Source: Planctomycetota bacterium (GTDB lineage: Bacteria; Planctomycetota; UBA1135; UBA2386). From it: 64,000 bases of DNA. Numbering within the stretch: position 1 is the stretch's first letter; the number at the start of each line of letters is the position of its first letter. Under the pieces are notes generated by a model that had not been told where the DNA came from, searched no databases, and saw nothing but the letters and a program-made list of their open reading frames with translations. The stretch lies in assembly GCA_965228735.1 (NCBI GenBank), contig OZ245838.1, positions 2,080,001 through 2,144,000 on the forward strand, given 5' to 3'. Both the position numbers and the translations under genes were made by a program. This document shows, piece by piece, positions 50,722-59,820 of this stretch.

Positions 50722-51306
50722 GTGATCGAAATCTCGAACGAGACAGTGATGGCAGCCCGCCGCGGTGACCAGGAGGCCGCGCGGGTGCTCGTGGAGCTGC
50801 TCCACCGCCCCGTCATCGCGACGATCTACCGCTTCCTCGGCACGGGCTTCAAGAAGGACGTCGAGGACATCGCGCAGGACGTGTTCCTCAAGATCTTCCG
50901 CGCGATCGACCGCTTCGACAGCAGCCGTGCCAAGTTCACGACCTGGGTCTACACCTTCGTGCGGAACCACTGCTTCGACGTGCTCAAGCGCCGGCGGCTG
51001 CCGACGACGAGCATGCACGCGGTCACGGACGACGACGAGCCGCAGCGCGACTTCGCCGATGGTCGCGAGCTGCAGCCCGTCGCCGAGGCCGAGAACGAAG
51101 AGCTCGGTCGCCGCATCGGCGAGGCGCTGCAGAAGCTCGGCGAGGACCAGCGCATGGTGTTCATCCTGCGCGAGTACGAGGGCCTCGACTACCGCGAGAT
51201 CGCGGACGTGACCGGCGTGAACGAGGGCACGGTCAAGTCCCGCCTGTTCCGCGCGAAGGAAGCCCTGCGCAACCAACTCGAACCCTACCTCAAGGCCGGA
51301 GCATGA
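50722..51306 (+). CDS. ECF RNA polymerase sigma factor
   Basis: Region 2 (DIAQDVFLKIFR...FTTWVY) and region 4 (EGLDYREIADVTGVNEGTVKSRLFRAK); GGAGG ribosome-binding site. Confidence 0.95.
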   Translation: MIEISNETVMAARRGDQEAARVLVELLHRPVIATIYRFLGTGFKKDVEDIAQDVFLKIFRAIDRFDSSRAKFTTWVYTFVRNHCFDVLKRRRLPTTSMHAVTDDDEPQRDFADGRELQPVAEAENEELGRRIGEALQKLGEDQRMVFILREYEGLDYREIADVTGVNEGTVKSRLFRAKEALRNQLEPYLKAGA

Positions 51307-52052
51307 CGCGCAACGCCTGGAACGACGACGACCGGATGATCGACGCGAGTGCATTCGATGAAGCTGCGGGCACGTTCGAAGGCCGGAGCTTTCCGACCGA
51401 GGACGAGTGGCTCGGACTCGCGCCGTCCGCGGACCTGACGATCGACGACGACTTCGTCGCTCGCACGATCGCGGCGATTCGCGCGCCGACCGAGGAGCAA
51501 CTCGAGCACTTCGAGCCGCCGGCCGTGAGCGACGACTTCGTGAGCCGCACGCTGTTCGCGATCCAGGACGATCGACGGCGCCGCTGGCGCGAGCTGCTCG
51601 CGCGCTACGTCGCGCCGGAGCCGTCCGCGGAGTTCGTGTCGCGCACGCTCCACGCCCTGGCCGCCCGATCGGATGGCCGGGAATCAGATGTTCGCGAATC
51701 GGATGTTCGGAGAGCCGGCGGCTCGCGGGGACGAGAGGGAACAGCGGACCGCTCGACGCCGAGCGCGGCGGAAGCTGCTCCCGAACGGCGACCCGGCGCC
51801 GTCCTCCGCATGTGGGCGCTGCCGCTGCTCGCCGCGGCGGCCGTCCTGATCGTGGCGTTCCTGCTCCCGCAGGACGAGGTGCTGCCGATCGAACGGCGCG
51901 CGGCGGAGACGCAGCCCGCGGCGTTCGGCGTCGCCCACGCGGCGTCGCCGTTGCCGGCGCTGCTCGTCAAGATGGACCAGGACGATGACCCGTACGGCCT
52001 GCCCAACACGGGTGGCGACGGGGTCTGGCTGATGCTGCAGAGGAGCCGCTGA
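51303..52052 (+). CDS. Putative membrane anti-sigma factor
   Basis: ATGA-coupled to the ECF gene; single TM segment; three internal (D/E)FVxRT(I/L)xA(I/L) repeats. Confidence 0.65.
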   Translation: MTRNAWNDDDRMIDASAFDEAAGTFEGRSFPTEDEWLGLAPSADLTIDDDFVARTIAAIRAPTEEQLEHFEPPAVSDDFVSRTLFAIQDDRRRRWRELLARYVAPEPSAEFVSRTLHALAARSDGRESDVRESDVRRAGGSRGREGTADRSTPSAAEAAPERRPGAVLRMWALPLLAAAAVLIVAFLLPQDEVLPIERRAAETQPAAFGVAHAASPLPALLVKMDQDDDPYGLPNTGGDGVWLMLQRSR

Positions 52053-53626
52053 TGGCAACGGCCGGGAGCGAGCAGAACGGCTGTATCGCGCGGTGGAGCG
52101 CGCTCGGCGGGCTGTGGAGCGTGCTCTTCGCGTTCTTCGGCGCCGCGCTACCCAGCCAGGAAAACGCGTCTCAGGAGAGCGCGTCTCTCGGGAACGCGTC
52201 TCAGCACCTGACGCGCATCAAGAAGGTGCTCGTCGAGCTCGACCGGGCCTTCGATGCGGGCGACGTCGCGGGCTTCCTCGCGGCGTTCGAGCCCGACCAC
52301 CCGGGGGCGCACGCGATGCTCGAGGATCACCTGCGCCAGCTGTTCCCGGCGGCGTCGCCGACAGCGCGCTCGGATAACCGTCGGGGCGCATCGAAGCCGA
52401 GCGCCCCGCCCCACTACACGCGGCAGTCCGAGATCATCGGCGCTCCGCGCGCCGTCGGACCGCGCACCGTGGTGCGAGTCCGCCACCAGGTGTTCCGCGA
52501 CGGCAAACGCGTGCGGGCCCAGCTGCGAGACTCGATCATCGCGTTCCGCACTCCGGCCGGGCAGGCCCCCGTGCCGACCTTCCTCGTGGAAACGCCGCGG
52601 AGCAACGACTGTCCGGCCGGCAACACGTTCCGCTGCCCGCCTTGCAACTACGAGGTCGGCGGCGTTCCCGGCTGGCTGTGCGTGCCCGTCGGGCGCGACC
52701 GCGCGCAGGCCCTCGAGGCCTCGAGCTTCTACCTCGCGGGCACCGACCTGGCATGCGACGTCTCGGTGCGGATCGACGGCTCGGGTCGCTCCCCGACGCA
52801 GCTCGTCGAAGGCCTCGCCGCGGCGCTCCGTGACATGGAGCCCGGCGCCGAGGTCGGCCTCGCCACGCATTGGCTGCCGCCGGCGCACGCCGACAACGAC
52901 ATCGTCGAGGACCCGCCGTTCCCCGGCCTCACGGGCGCGCGCATCGAGATCCGCCTGCCGGCCACCGGCGACGCGAGCGGCAACGTGGCGCTGTTCCACG
53001 TCGTTCAGTTCGGCGCGTTGCAGCACCTGTTGCTCGTGCGCGGCAGCCGCACGGCGATGACGAACCACGCCGACGCGCTGCAGGGTCTGCTAGCGAGTTT
53101 CCACCTCATCGACATGGACGCCGAGCGCGCCGCCGCCGGCGCACGCGCGTTGCTCCACCACGTCGGCGGCGTCGTCAAGGACGGCCGCTACGAGAACGAC
53201 AAGCACGGCATCCGGATGCAGGGGCCGAAGGACTGGCGGGTCTCGCAACGCTGCGGCGGCGCGCTGCTGCGCGTGATCTGGCGCGGACCGCGCGACAGCC
53301 GGCTGTACCTCACCGGGTTCGCCGTTCCCGCGGGCATGGACCACTGGTGCGAGAAGACGGCCGAGCACTGGGTCAAGCGCCTGTGCGACACGGCGGGCAT
53401 CGACCTTCCAGCTCGCGTCGAAGGCTGGCGCGATGATGCCGCGTGCGAAGCGCAGGCCCGCACGCTGCGCTGCAAGGCCGCCCGCCCTGACGGCGCCCCG
53501 GGCAAGGCCGACCGCATCCTGCGCGTCATGTTCCGCAAGAACCTGCTCGTCGTCGCCGACGGCACCGCGATGCACGACGCCGACTGGGACGCGATCCACG
53601 CCGCCCTCGCGACCCTCCGACTCTAG
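52052..53626 (+). CDS. Secreted hypothetical protein in the ECF operon
   Basis: TGATG overlap; signal peptide ending LPS-Q; several Cys pairs. Confidence 0.7.
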   Translation: MATAGSEQNGCIARWSALGGLWSVLFAFFGAALPSQENASQESASLGNASQHLTRIKKVLVELDRAFDAGDVAGFLAAFEPDHPGAHAMLEDHLRQLFPAASPTARSDNRRGASKPSAPPHYTRQSEIIGAPRAVGPRTVVRVRHQVFRDGKRVRAQLRDSIIAFRTPAGQAPVPTFLVETPRSNDCPAGNTFRCPPCNYEVGGVPGWLCVPVGRDRAQALEASSFYLAGTDLACDVSVRIDGSGRSPTQLVEGLAAALRDMEPGAEVGLATHWLPPAHADNDIVEDPPFPGLTGARIEIRLPATGDASGNVALFHVVQFGALQHLLLVRGSRTAMTNHADALQGLLASFHLIDMDAERAAAGARALLHHVGGVVKDGRYENDKHGIRMQGPKDWRVSQRCGGALLRVIWRGPRDSRLYLTGFAVPAGMDHWCEKTAEHWVKRLCDTAGIDLPARVEGWRDDAACEAQARTLRCKAARPDGAPGKADRILRVMFRKNLLVVADGTAMHDADWDAIHAALATLRL

Positions 53627-53661
53627 CCGTACGGTACCGGGTTCATCCTGCCGGCAACGCG

Positions 53662-54543
53662 TCAGTTCGTCAGACTGCCGAGCCAGGCATCCGCGAAGCG
53701 GTCGCCCGCGGCCGGCGCGTGGCGGAAGAACAGCGACGGCTCCACGAGCTCGAGCTCCACGAGCCGCGGCCGGTCGTGCTCGTCGACGAGCCAGTCGGCG
53801 CGCGCGTAGAGCAGGTCGACGTCGAGTTCGGCGCTGGCCGCCGCGACGGCTCCACGCGCGAGAGCGAGTTCGGCGGCGCTCGGCTCCCATGGCTCGTCCT
53901 GCCCGCCGTAGTCGTCCTGCACGCGATAGTCGCCCGCCTGGGGCACCTTGCGGACGCAGTGCGACAGTTCGCCGCCGAAGAACATCGCGGACGTCTCACC
54001 GTGGCTCGTCACGCTCTTGACGAACGGCTGCAGCATGTAGTCGCGCTCCCCGATCACGGCATCGATGTGCGACTGGCCGCGCGCGATGCCGGCGTGGTCG
54101 AAGCTGAACCGGACGGTGCCCTCCGCGGTCGCGCCGACGCACGGCTTGAGGAAGCCTTCGCGGCCGCCGATCGCCGTCGTGAGCGCGGCGAGATCGGGGC
54201 GACTGCCGCGATCGAGCCACACGGTCGGCACGGTCGCGACGCCGGCCTTGCCGAGCGCGCGCAGGTAGCTCTTGTGCGTGTTCCACTCGACGACCCGCGC
54301 AGGGTTAGCGAGTCGCGTCACGGCCTCGACCCGGCGCGCCCAGTCGCAGAACGCCCCGACCCGCGCGGTGTAGTCCCACGTCGTCCGGATCAGCACGGCG
54401 TCGTAGCGCGCCCAGTCGACCGTATCGTCGTCCCATATCGCGTGCTCGAACGCGACGCCGCGCCGCTCCAAGGCCGCGTGGAACGGTCGATCGTCGGCCT
54501 CGTGGGCCGGCAGTTCCCGGCAGGTGGCGAGCGCGAGCAGCAC
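53662..54543 (-). CDS. ATP-grasp protein (RimK / glutathione synthetase-like)
   Basis: Motifs IRTTWDY, WNTHKSYL, FLKPCVG, MLQPF, DYRVQDDYGG, YARAD and ELELVEPSLFF; start GTG 54543. Confidence 0.85.
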   Translation of the reverse strand: MLLALATCRELPAHEADDRPFHAALERRGVAFEHAIWDDDTVDWARYDAVLIRTTWDYTARVGAFCDWARRVEAVTRLANPARVVEWNTHKSYLRALGKAGVATVPTVWLDRGSRPDLAALTTAIGGREGFLKPCVGATAEGTVRFSFDHAGIARGQSHIDAVIGERDYMLQPFVKSVTSHGETSAMFFGGELSHCVRKVPQAGDYRVQDDYGGQDEPWEPSAAELALARGAVAAASAELDVDLLYARADWLVDEHDRPRLVELELVEPSLFFRHAPAAGDRFADAWLGSLTN

Positions 54544-54606
54544 GCGATGAGCATGCCCGTGCCCGGCCCGAGTTGCCACCGCGGCGAGCCGCCGTAGACT
54601 GCGCCC

Positions 54607-54957
54607 GTGAACATCCCGCACGGCATGCGCCTCCTGGTGCACGGACGCGCCGACTTCATGCGCGAGGTCGCCGACGCGATGAAGGCCGCCGACATCCGCG
54701 TCGTGACCGGTCCGATCCCGGGCGGCGGCTGAAGCCCGCGCGCCTGGCTCGCGGTCGCGAGCGACGACACCGAACGCGCGCAGGCGGTGCATCAGCTCCA
54801 CCTCGATCGCATGGTCCGCCGCGAAGGCGTTCCCGCCTCCACCGGCAGCGAGTGCGCCGACTTCGATGCGGAGGAGACCAGCTGCCCCGCCTGTGCGACG
54901 CCGTTCCGGACGGCCGGCACGACGCGATGTCCGGAGTGCGGGCTCAACTTTGGCTGA
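54607..54957 (+). CDS. Candidate selenoprotein: 116 aa, in-frame TGA (codon 42) and C-terminal double-CxxC zinc ribbon
   Basis: Translates as MNIPHGMRLLVHGRADFMREVADAMKAADIRVVTGPIPGGG-U-SPRAWLAVASDDTERAQAVHQLHLDRMVRREGVPASTGSECADFDAEETSCPACATPFRTAGTTRCPECGLNFG. GC3-biased codons on both sides of TGA 54730-54732; TAGACT -10 box 6 nt before GTG; SECIS-like hairpin downstream. Confidence 0.75.
54733..54786 (+). promoter_or_regulatory. Putative bacterial SECIS element
   Basis: Perfect stem GCTCGC (54747-52) / GCGAGC (54757-62) with GGTC loop (54753-56) starting 20 nt after the TGA; further pairing possible with CGCGCG or CAGGCG downstream. Confidence 0.62.
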
Positions 54958-57403
54958 CCGTACCGCTGCAGGTCGCGACCGACTGCCGGGCGCCGCGACC
55001 GCGCGGATCGTCGCGCTGGCCGTCCCGCAGGTCATCCCGTTGGCCATTCTGCGGGCCATTCTCCTGGCCATTCTGGGGGCCGGGGCGCTGCCGGCGCAGA
55101 ACGCGTGGGACATCCCCCACCGCGGCGCGATCGTCTACGACCGTGAGGTCAGGACGTTCGCCGTCTCACCGCCGCAATCGCGCCTCGACGGCGACGTCGT
55201 CGTGGCCGGCGCCGAACGCGGTGGCCACGATTGGCGCTATTGGTCGGGCCCGACGAAGTCGGCGCCTGCCGGATTCGAGCAGCCGGGCTTCAACGACAGC
55301 GATTGGCAGCGCGGTCGCGGCGAGTTCGGGACCAACGTCGCGGAGGCCGCCACGGTCCGCACGTTGTGGAACCAGGAGACGATCTGCCTGCGCACGGAGA
55401 TCGAGCTGCGGCAAAGGCCCAAGGCCCTCGTGTTCGACGTCGATCACGACGACGGCGTCACGATCTGGCTCAACGGCACGCAGCTCGTGAGCAACACGGG
55501 CTACGGCCGCAACCGGCGCTACATCGTGATGGGCCGCGCGCTCGATGCCTGGGACCGCGGCCTCAACCTGCTCGCCGCACGCTGCGTGAACACGGGCGGC
55601 GCGCAGTACGTCGACCTCGAGGTCACCGCGCTCGGCAAGCTTCCGCGCGGGGTCCGGACCCAGCCCGAGCTGCAGGCCGCGCTCACGAGCTCGCTGGATG
55701 GCGCGAACAAGGTCCGCCGCGAACTGTTCGCGGCGTTCCGCCCGCCGGCGTTGCTGCTGCAGGGTGAACTCGACGAGGAACAACAGCGCGTGCGGATCGC
55801 GCCGGCCGACCTCCGCGAGATCGCGTGGTGGATCGCCACGGACCTGTCGATCGGCAGCAGCGGCGGCAGCGTCAAGGCGGACAGCAACCGCATGGCGCGG
55901 CTCGGCGACCTGCTGATCCGCGGCCGCGCGTCGAGCGTGGGCCAGGACGGTTGGCAGACGATCACCGCGCGCGTGCAGAACCGCCGCGAGCCCGACCGCA
56001 GCGAGGACAGCAAGCGATACGTGCAGCGCTTCGTCGTGCCGCACGTCTGGTACGGCTTCGACGGCGAGCTCACGATCCGACGCAAGCTCGGCGCCGCGAC
56101 GCCGACGCCGGGGAAGGATCGGCAGCGGGTGGTCGAGTTCGAGAGCCGCCTCGACGGTCGCATCCTGCAGCGCGAGGACAAGCGCTGGAAGAAGCACGCG
56201 GCCACCGTCGCGCAGCACGAGGTGTGGAAGCTCGGCGCCGTGCGCGACGGGCAGGACGCCGAGTTCCGCGTGCTCGTCAGCCGGTCGATCGAGCGGGGCA
56301 TCGCCCGCCTCAAGGACCAGATCAAGGCGCCGGCCGAGGGCGACACCAAGGCGGAGGCGGCGGACGCCGATCGCACCTACCACACGGGCCGGCTCGCGCT
56401 CGCCCTGCTCGCGCTCGTGAAGGCCGGAGTGCCGCCCGAGGACCCGGTCGTCGCGGCCGGCTACGCCGAGCTGCGCAAGCGCCGCGTGTACGACACCTAC
56501 TCGCTCGGCAACGCGATGATGGCCGTGAGCGCGCTCTACGCGCAGAAGAGCGAGCTCGGCGACCTGAAGCGCGGGCTGCTCGAGAAGCCCGCGCGCCGCG
56601 AGCCGACCGCGGCGGACAGGGAGCTGCTGACGACGTGGACCGCCGAGCTGCTCGACAACGTCGACGACAGCGTCGACCCGGCGTATCTCCTGCGCTTCCA
56701 CTACATCGGCGCCCCCGACTACGACAACTCGGTCAATCAGTACGGCCTGCTCGGGTTGTACGCCGCGCACCTGTGCGGCGTCGAGATCTCGCCGCAGGTC
56801 TGGGAGGCCGCGGCCAATCATCTGCTCGCGTCACAGAGTCCGGACGGCAAACGCCGCAGCGTCACGCTCGTCGACTACGGCACGCTGGCGCAACAGGGCG
56901 ACACCGCTCGCGCCGTCGAGTTCCCGGCGCGGGTCTGCGGCTGGAACTACAAGGAACCGAAGTCCGACGGCGAACTCACGCCGACCTGGGGCAGCATGAC
57001 CGCGGCCGGCATCACCGGGCTCGCGATCTGCGAAGGCGCCCTCCGCGACTATCCGAAGCTGCGCCGGAACAAGCTGTTCGAGGACATCACGCGCGCGCGC
57101 CGCGACGGCTTCGCGTGGCTCGCCGAACACATGACGCTGCGCTGCCACGCCGGCGCGATCGAACGCCAGCCGCGCTGGTTCTACTACTACACCTACAGCC
57201 TCGAACGCGCGGCGCTGCTCAACGGCATCGCGCTGATCCAGGACCGGGACTGGTACTTCGAAGCCGCGATGGTGCTCGCGCTGGCGCAGCTCGAGAACGG
57301 CGACTGGCCGGGCGAACTGGTGGCCGAGGGCCAGGTCGAGACCAACGCGATGGCGCTCCTGACGCTCATCCAGAGCACGCGGCCCGTCATCACCGAGAAG
57401 TGA
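54950..57403 (+). CDS. Secreted protein: galactose-binding-like N-terminal domain plus prenyltransferase/squalene-cyclase-like alpha/alpha C-terminal domain
   Basis: WRYW...FNDSDWQRGRGEFG and DDGVTIWLNG; C-terminal DNSVNQYGLLGL, GWNY, SMTAAG, YYTYSLER and DWY...Q..NGDW. Start uncertain (TTG 54950 or 55040). Confidence 0.7.
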   Translation: MADRTAAGRDRLPGAATARIVALAVPQVIPLAILRAILLAILGAGALPAQNAWDIPHRGAIVYDREVRTFAVSPPQSRLDGDVVVAGAERGGHDWRYWSGPTKSAPAGFEQPGFNDSDWQRGRGEFGTNVAEAATVRTLWNQETICLRTEIELRQRPKALVFDVDHDDGVTIWLNGTQLVSNTGYGRNRRYIVMGRALDAWDRGLNLLAARCVNTGGAQYVDLEVTALGKLPRGVRTQPELQAALTSSLDGANKVRRELFAAFRPPALLLQGELDEEQQRVRIAPADLREIAWWIATDLSIGSSGGSVKADSNRMARLGDLLIRGRASSVGQDGWQTITARVQNRREPDRSEDSKRYVQRFVVPHVWYGFDGELTIRRKLGAATPTPGKDRQRVVEFESRLDGRILQREDKRWKKHAATVAQHEVWKLGAVRDGQDAEFRVLVSRSIERGIARLKDQIKAPAEGDTKAEAADADRTYHTGRLALALLALVKAGVPPEDPVVAAGYAELRKRRVYDTYSLGNAMMAVSALYAQKSELGDLKRGLLEKPARREPTAADRELLTTWTAELLDNVDDSVDPAYLLRFHYIGAPDYDNSVNQYGLLGLYAAHLCGVEISPQVWEAAANHLLASQSPDGKRRSVTLVDYGTLAQQGDTARAVEFPARVCGWNYKEPKSDGELTPTWGSMTAAGITGLAICEGALRDYPKLRRNKLFEDITRARRDGFAWLAEHMTLRCHAGAIERQPRWFYYYTYSLERAALLNGIALIQDRDWYFEAAMVLALAQLENGDWPGELVAEGQVETNAMALLTLIQSTRPVITEK

Positions 57404-57405
57404 TC

Positions 57406-58110
57406 ATGGCGATGCCCATCCGTTCGATCTCCAGCCGTTCGAGCTTCAGCCGTTCGATCTTCTGCCGCTCGGTCTCACGCCGTCGGGACGTCGCGCTCCT
57501 GCTCGCGGCGTTCGCCGCGAACGGTTGTCAGCAGCCCCCGCCCCCCGGACCGGCGACGCCGTGGCGCATTCTGTTCGACGGCAGGGAGCTCGGCGCGTTC
57601 ACCAGCAGCCGGTTCGGCGGCGACGGTCCGATCACGATCGTGGACGGCGCGATCCAACTCGACATCGGCAGCCCGCTGACCGGCGTGACATGGACCGGCG
57701 ACGCCCCGACCGGCGACCGGCCCTACGAGCTCGAGCTCACCGCGACGCGCGTGAGCGGCACCGACTTCTTCTGCGGCCTCACGTTCCCCGTCCGCGACGC
57801 GCACCTGACGCTGATCCTCGGCGGCTGGGGCGGCGCGCTCTGCGGCCTCTCGTCCCTCGACGGCGACGATGCCGCCCGCAACGACACCCGCACGCTGCAC
57901 CGGTTCGAGAACGGCCGGCCCTATCGCGTCCACCTCGCGGTCTCGCCGGAACGCGTCACCGTGCAACTCGACGGCAAGCCGCTGCTCGCAGCCGACGTCG
58001 CCGGCCGCGAACTGTCACTCCGACCCGAGGTCGAGCTCTCGACCCCGCTCGGCATCGCCGCGTTCACGACGGTCGCCCAACTCCGAGACATCCGCTGGCG
58101 CCCGCTGTGA
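57406..58110 (+). CDS. DUF1080 (3-keto-disaccharide hydrolase-like) lipoprotein
   Basis: Lipobox-like ANGC; LFDGRELGAF, YELELTATRVSGTDFFCGLTFPV and GGWGG..CGLSSLDG.DA. Confidence 0.78.
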   Translation: MAMPIRSISSRSSFSRSIFCRSVSRRRDVALLLAAFAANGCQQPPPPGPATPWRILFDGRELGAFTSSRFGGDGPITIVDGAIQLDIGSPLTGVTWTGDAPTGDRPYELELTATRVSGTDFFCGLTFPVRDAHLTLILGGWGGALCGLSSLDGDDAARNDTRTLHRFENGRPYRVHLAVSPERVTVQLDGKPLLAADVAGRELSLRPEVELSTPLGIAAFTTVAQLRDIRWRPL

Positions 58111-58144
58111 ACATACGGAGCCACTGCTGGCGGGTTCCCCATGT

Positions 58145-59761
58145 TCATCGCACCCTTTCGAGGTGGGCCTTCATCGCCTGCGCGCGCTGGTGGTCGGGGA
58201 ACTGCCGCAGGACCGCGTCCAGCAGTTCGGCGGCCTGATCGAAGCGCCGGCGCTGCGGGTCCATGCTGTAGCCGGCCAGCGCGAGGTTGGCCTCGCCGAT
58301 GTCGAGACGGCCGCGTGCGGCGAGCGCGTCGAGCAGCGCCGCCTCCGACTCGGCATGACGGCCGAGCGCGTGCAGCACGAGGCCCTTCCGTTCCAGGACG
58401 CGCGGATCGTCGATGAGGTCCCACGCGAGCGCGCGGTCCGCGGCCGCGAGCGCTTCTTCGAGCTCCTGCGGCGCCAGCGTCGCCTCGCCGGCAAGCGCCT
58501 CGACCTGGGCGACCGCCGCCAGCCGATAGCGCTGGGATCCGAACGTGTGGGCCGTGAGCAGCAGCCACCCGCCGATCAGCACGAGCGCGAGCCAGCCGGC
58601 GCGCGTGAACCGGCGGCCGACTTTGAGCGCGGTGTGTTGGAACGTGAGGTCCGGCCGGCGAACCAGTCGCAGCAGCAGCACCGCAAACACCGCGGTGATG
58701 ACCCCGAGTCCGACGGACAACAGCAGCGGCACGCCCTCGAAGAACCACGCATCGCGGAATGCGAACTGCACGGCCACGATCGCCACCACTGCCAGCAGCA
58801 CCTCCTCGCCCCACGAGAAGTCGGCCCGCGCCCGCTGCCGCTGTTGACTCAGCACGAACGGCGTCGGCTTGCTCCCGCCGAAGTAGAGCGCGTCCTTCGG
58901 GCACACGGACACGCAATCGAGGCACTTCATGCAGCCGGGATCGACGACCTGCCCGTACTTGCCCACCTCTTCGTGCACGCGCACGTTGCTCGTGCATACG
59001 CTGGTGCAGTGGCCGCAGTGTTCGCACGCATCCGTCACCCGGATGCGCATCGGCGCGACCCGATCGGCGACCGCGAAGAACGCGCCGTAGGGACAGCCAT
59101 AGGTGCAGAAGCCCTTGGCCCCGAGCCACCAGACGATGAGGAACCCGACGACGACGAACGTCGCGATCGCCATGATCCACCCCGGGAACGTCACCCAGAG
59201 CTCGTCGGTCGTCAGGTGGAGCTCCCAGTCCGAGACCGCGGGCATCGGCTTCGCCACCGGGTCGAGCCAGTGCTGCAGGACGGGCCAGAAGAACATGTAG
59301 CCCGCCACGACCCACGGAGCGAAGACGAGCAGGCGCGAGCGCACCGGCCGCGGCCGCAGTCCGAAGCGGCCGAGCAGGAACGCGCAGAGATCCTGCAGCG
59401 CGACGACGTGACACGCCCAGCCGCAGAACCAGCGCCCGAGGATCAGCGTCGTCGCGATCAGCCCGGTGAACAGCAGGAAGCCGGCGTTCAGGCGCCCGGC
59501 CTCGATCGTCTGCATCGACTCCGACGGCTCGAGCGGCGTCATCGACCGCCCCGTGAGCCACCAATGCAGGAAGTGCAGCCCGACGAGCACGTGCACGGCG
59601 ATCAGCACCACGGCCCGCCGCCGCCCGGACTTCGACGGCCGCACGGCCACTCCCTTCGGCCGATGCCGGTCGACGCGCGGCACGCTCGCACGCGGGTCCC
59701 CGTGGCTCTGGTCCGGGCGCTGGTCCGTTCGGCGCTGGCCAGGGTCGGCGGTGGAAGTCAC
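58145..59761 (-). CDS. NapH/MauN-like 4Fe-4S membrane protein with C-terminal TPR-like helices
   Basis: [29 protein letters not shown] and [12 protein letters not shown]; multiple TM segments; TATGCT 7 nt before GTG 59761. Confidence 0.85.
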   Translation of the reverse strand: MTSTADPGQRRTDQRPDQSHGDPRASVPRVDRHRPKGVAVRPSKSGRRRAVVLIAVHVLVGLHFLHWWLTGRSMTPLEPSESMQTIEAGRLNAGFLLFTGLIATTLILGRWFCGWACHVVALQDLCAFLLGRFGLRPRPVRSRLLVFAPWVVAGYMFFWPVLQHWLDPVAKPMPAVSDWELHLTTDELWVTFPGWIMAIATFVVVGFLIVWWLGAKGFCTYGCPYGAFFAVADRVAPMRIRVTDACEHCGHCTSVCTSNVRVHEEVGKYGQVVDPGCMKCLDCVSVCPKDALYFGGSKPTPFVLSQQRQRARADFSWGEEVLLAVVAIVAVQFAFRDAWFFEGVPLLLSVGLGVITAVFAVLLLRLVRRPDLTFQHTALKVGRRFTRAGWLALVLIGGWLLLTAHTFGSQRYRLAAVAQVEALAGEATLAPQELEEALAAADRALAWDLIDDPRVLERKGLVLHALGRHAESEAALLDALAARGRLDIGEANLALAGYSMDPQRRRFDQAAELLDAVLRQFPDHQRAQAMKAHLERVR

Positions 59762-59820
59762 GGCGGGGAGCATACGCCGGCCGTTGCTTTCGGCGCGACC
59801 GTCCGCGATGTTCTCGCGCG

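Noticed and set aside
54811..54957. Separate 48-aa zinc-ribbon peptide starting at ATG 54811
   Set aside because: No ribosome-binding site or promoter; in-frame coding bias extends upstream through the TGA, favouring one read-through gene (or a pseudogene).
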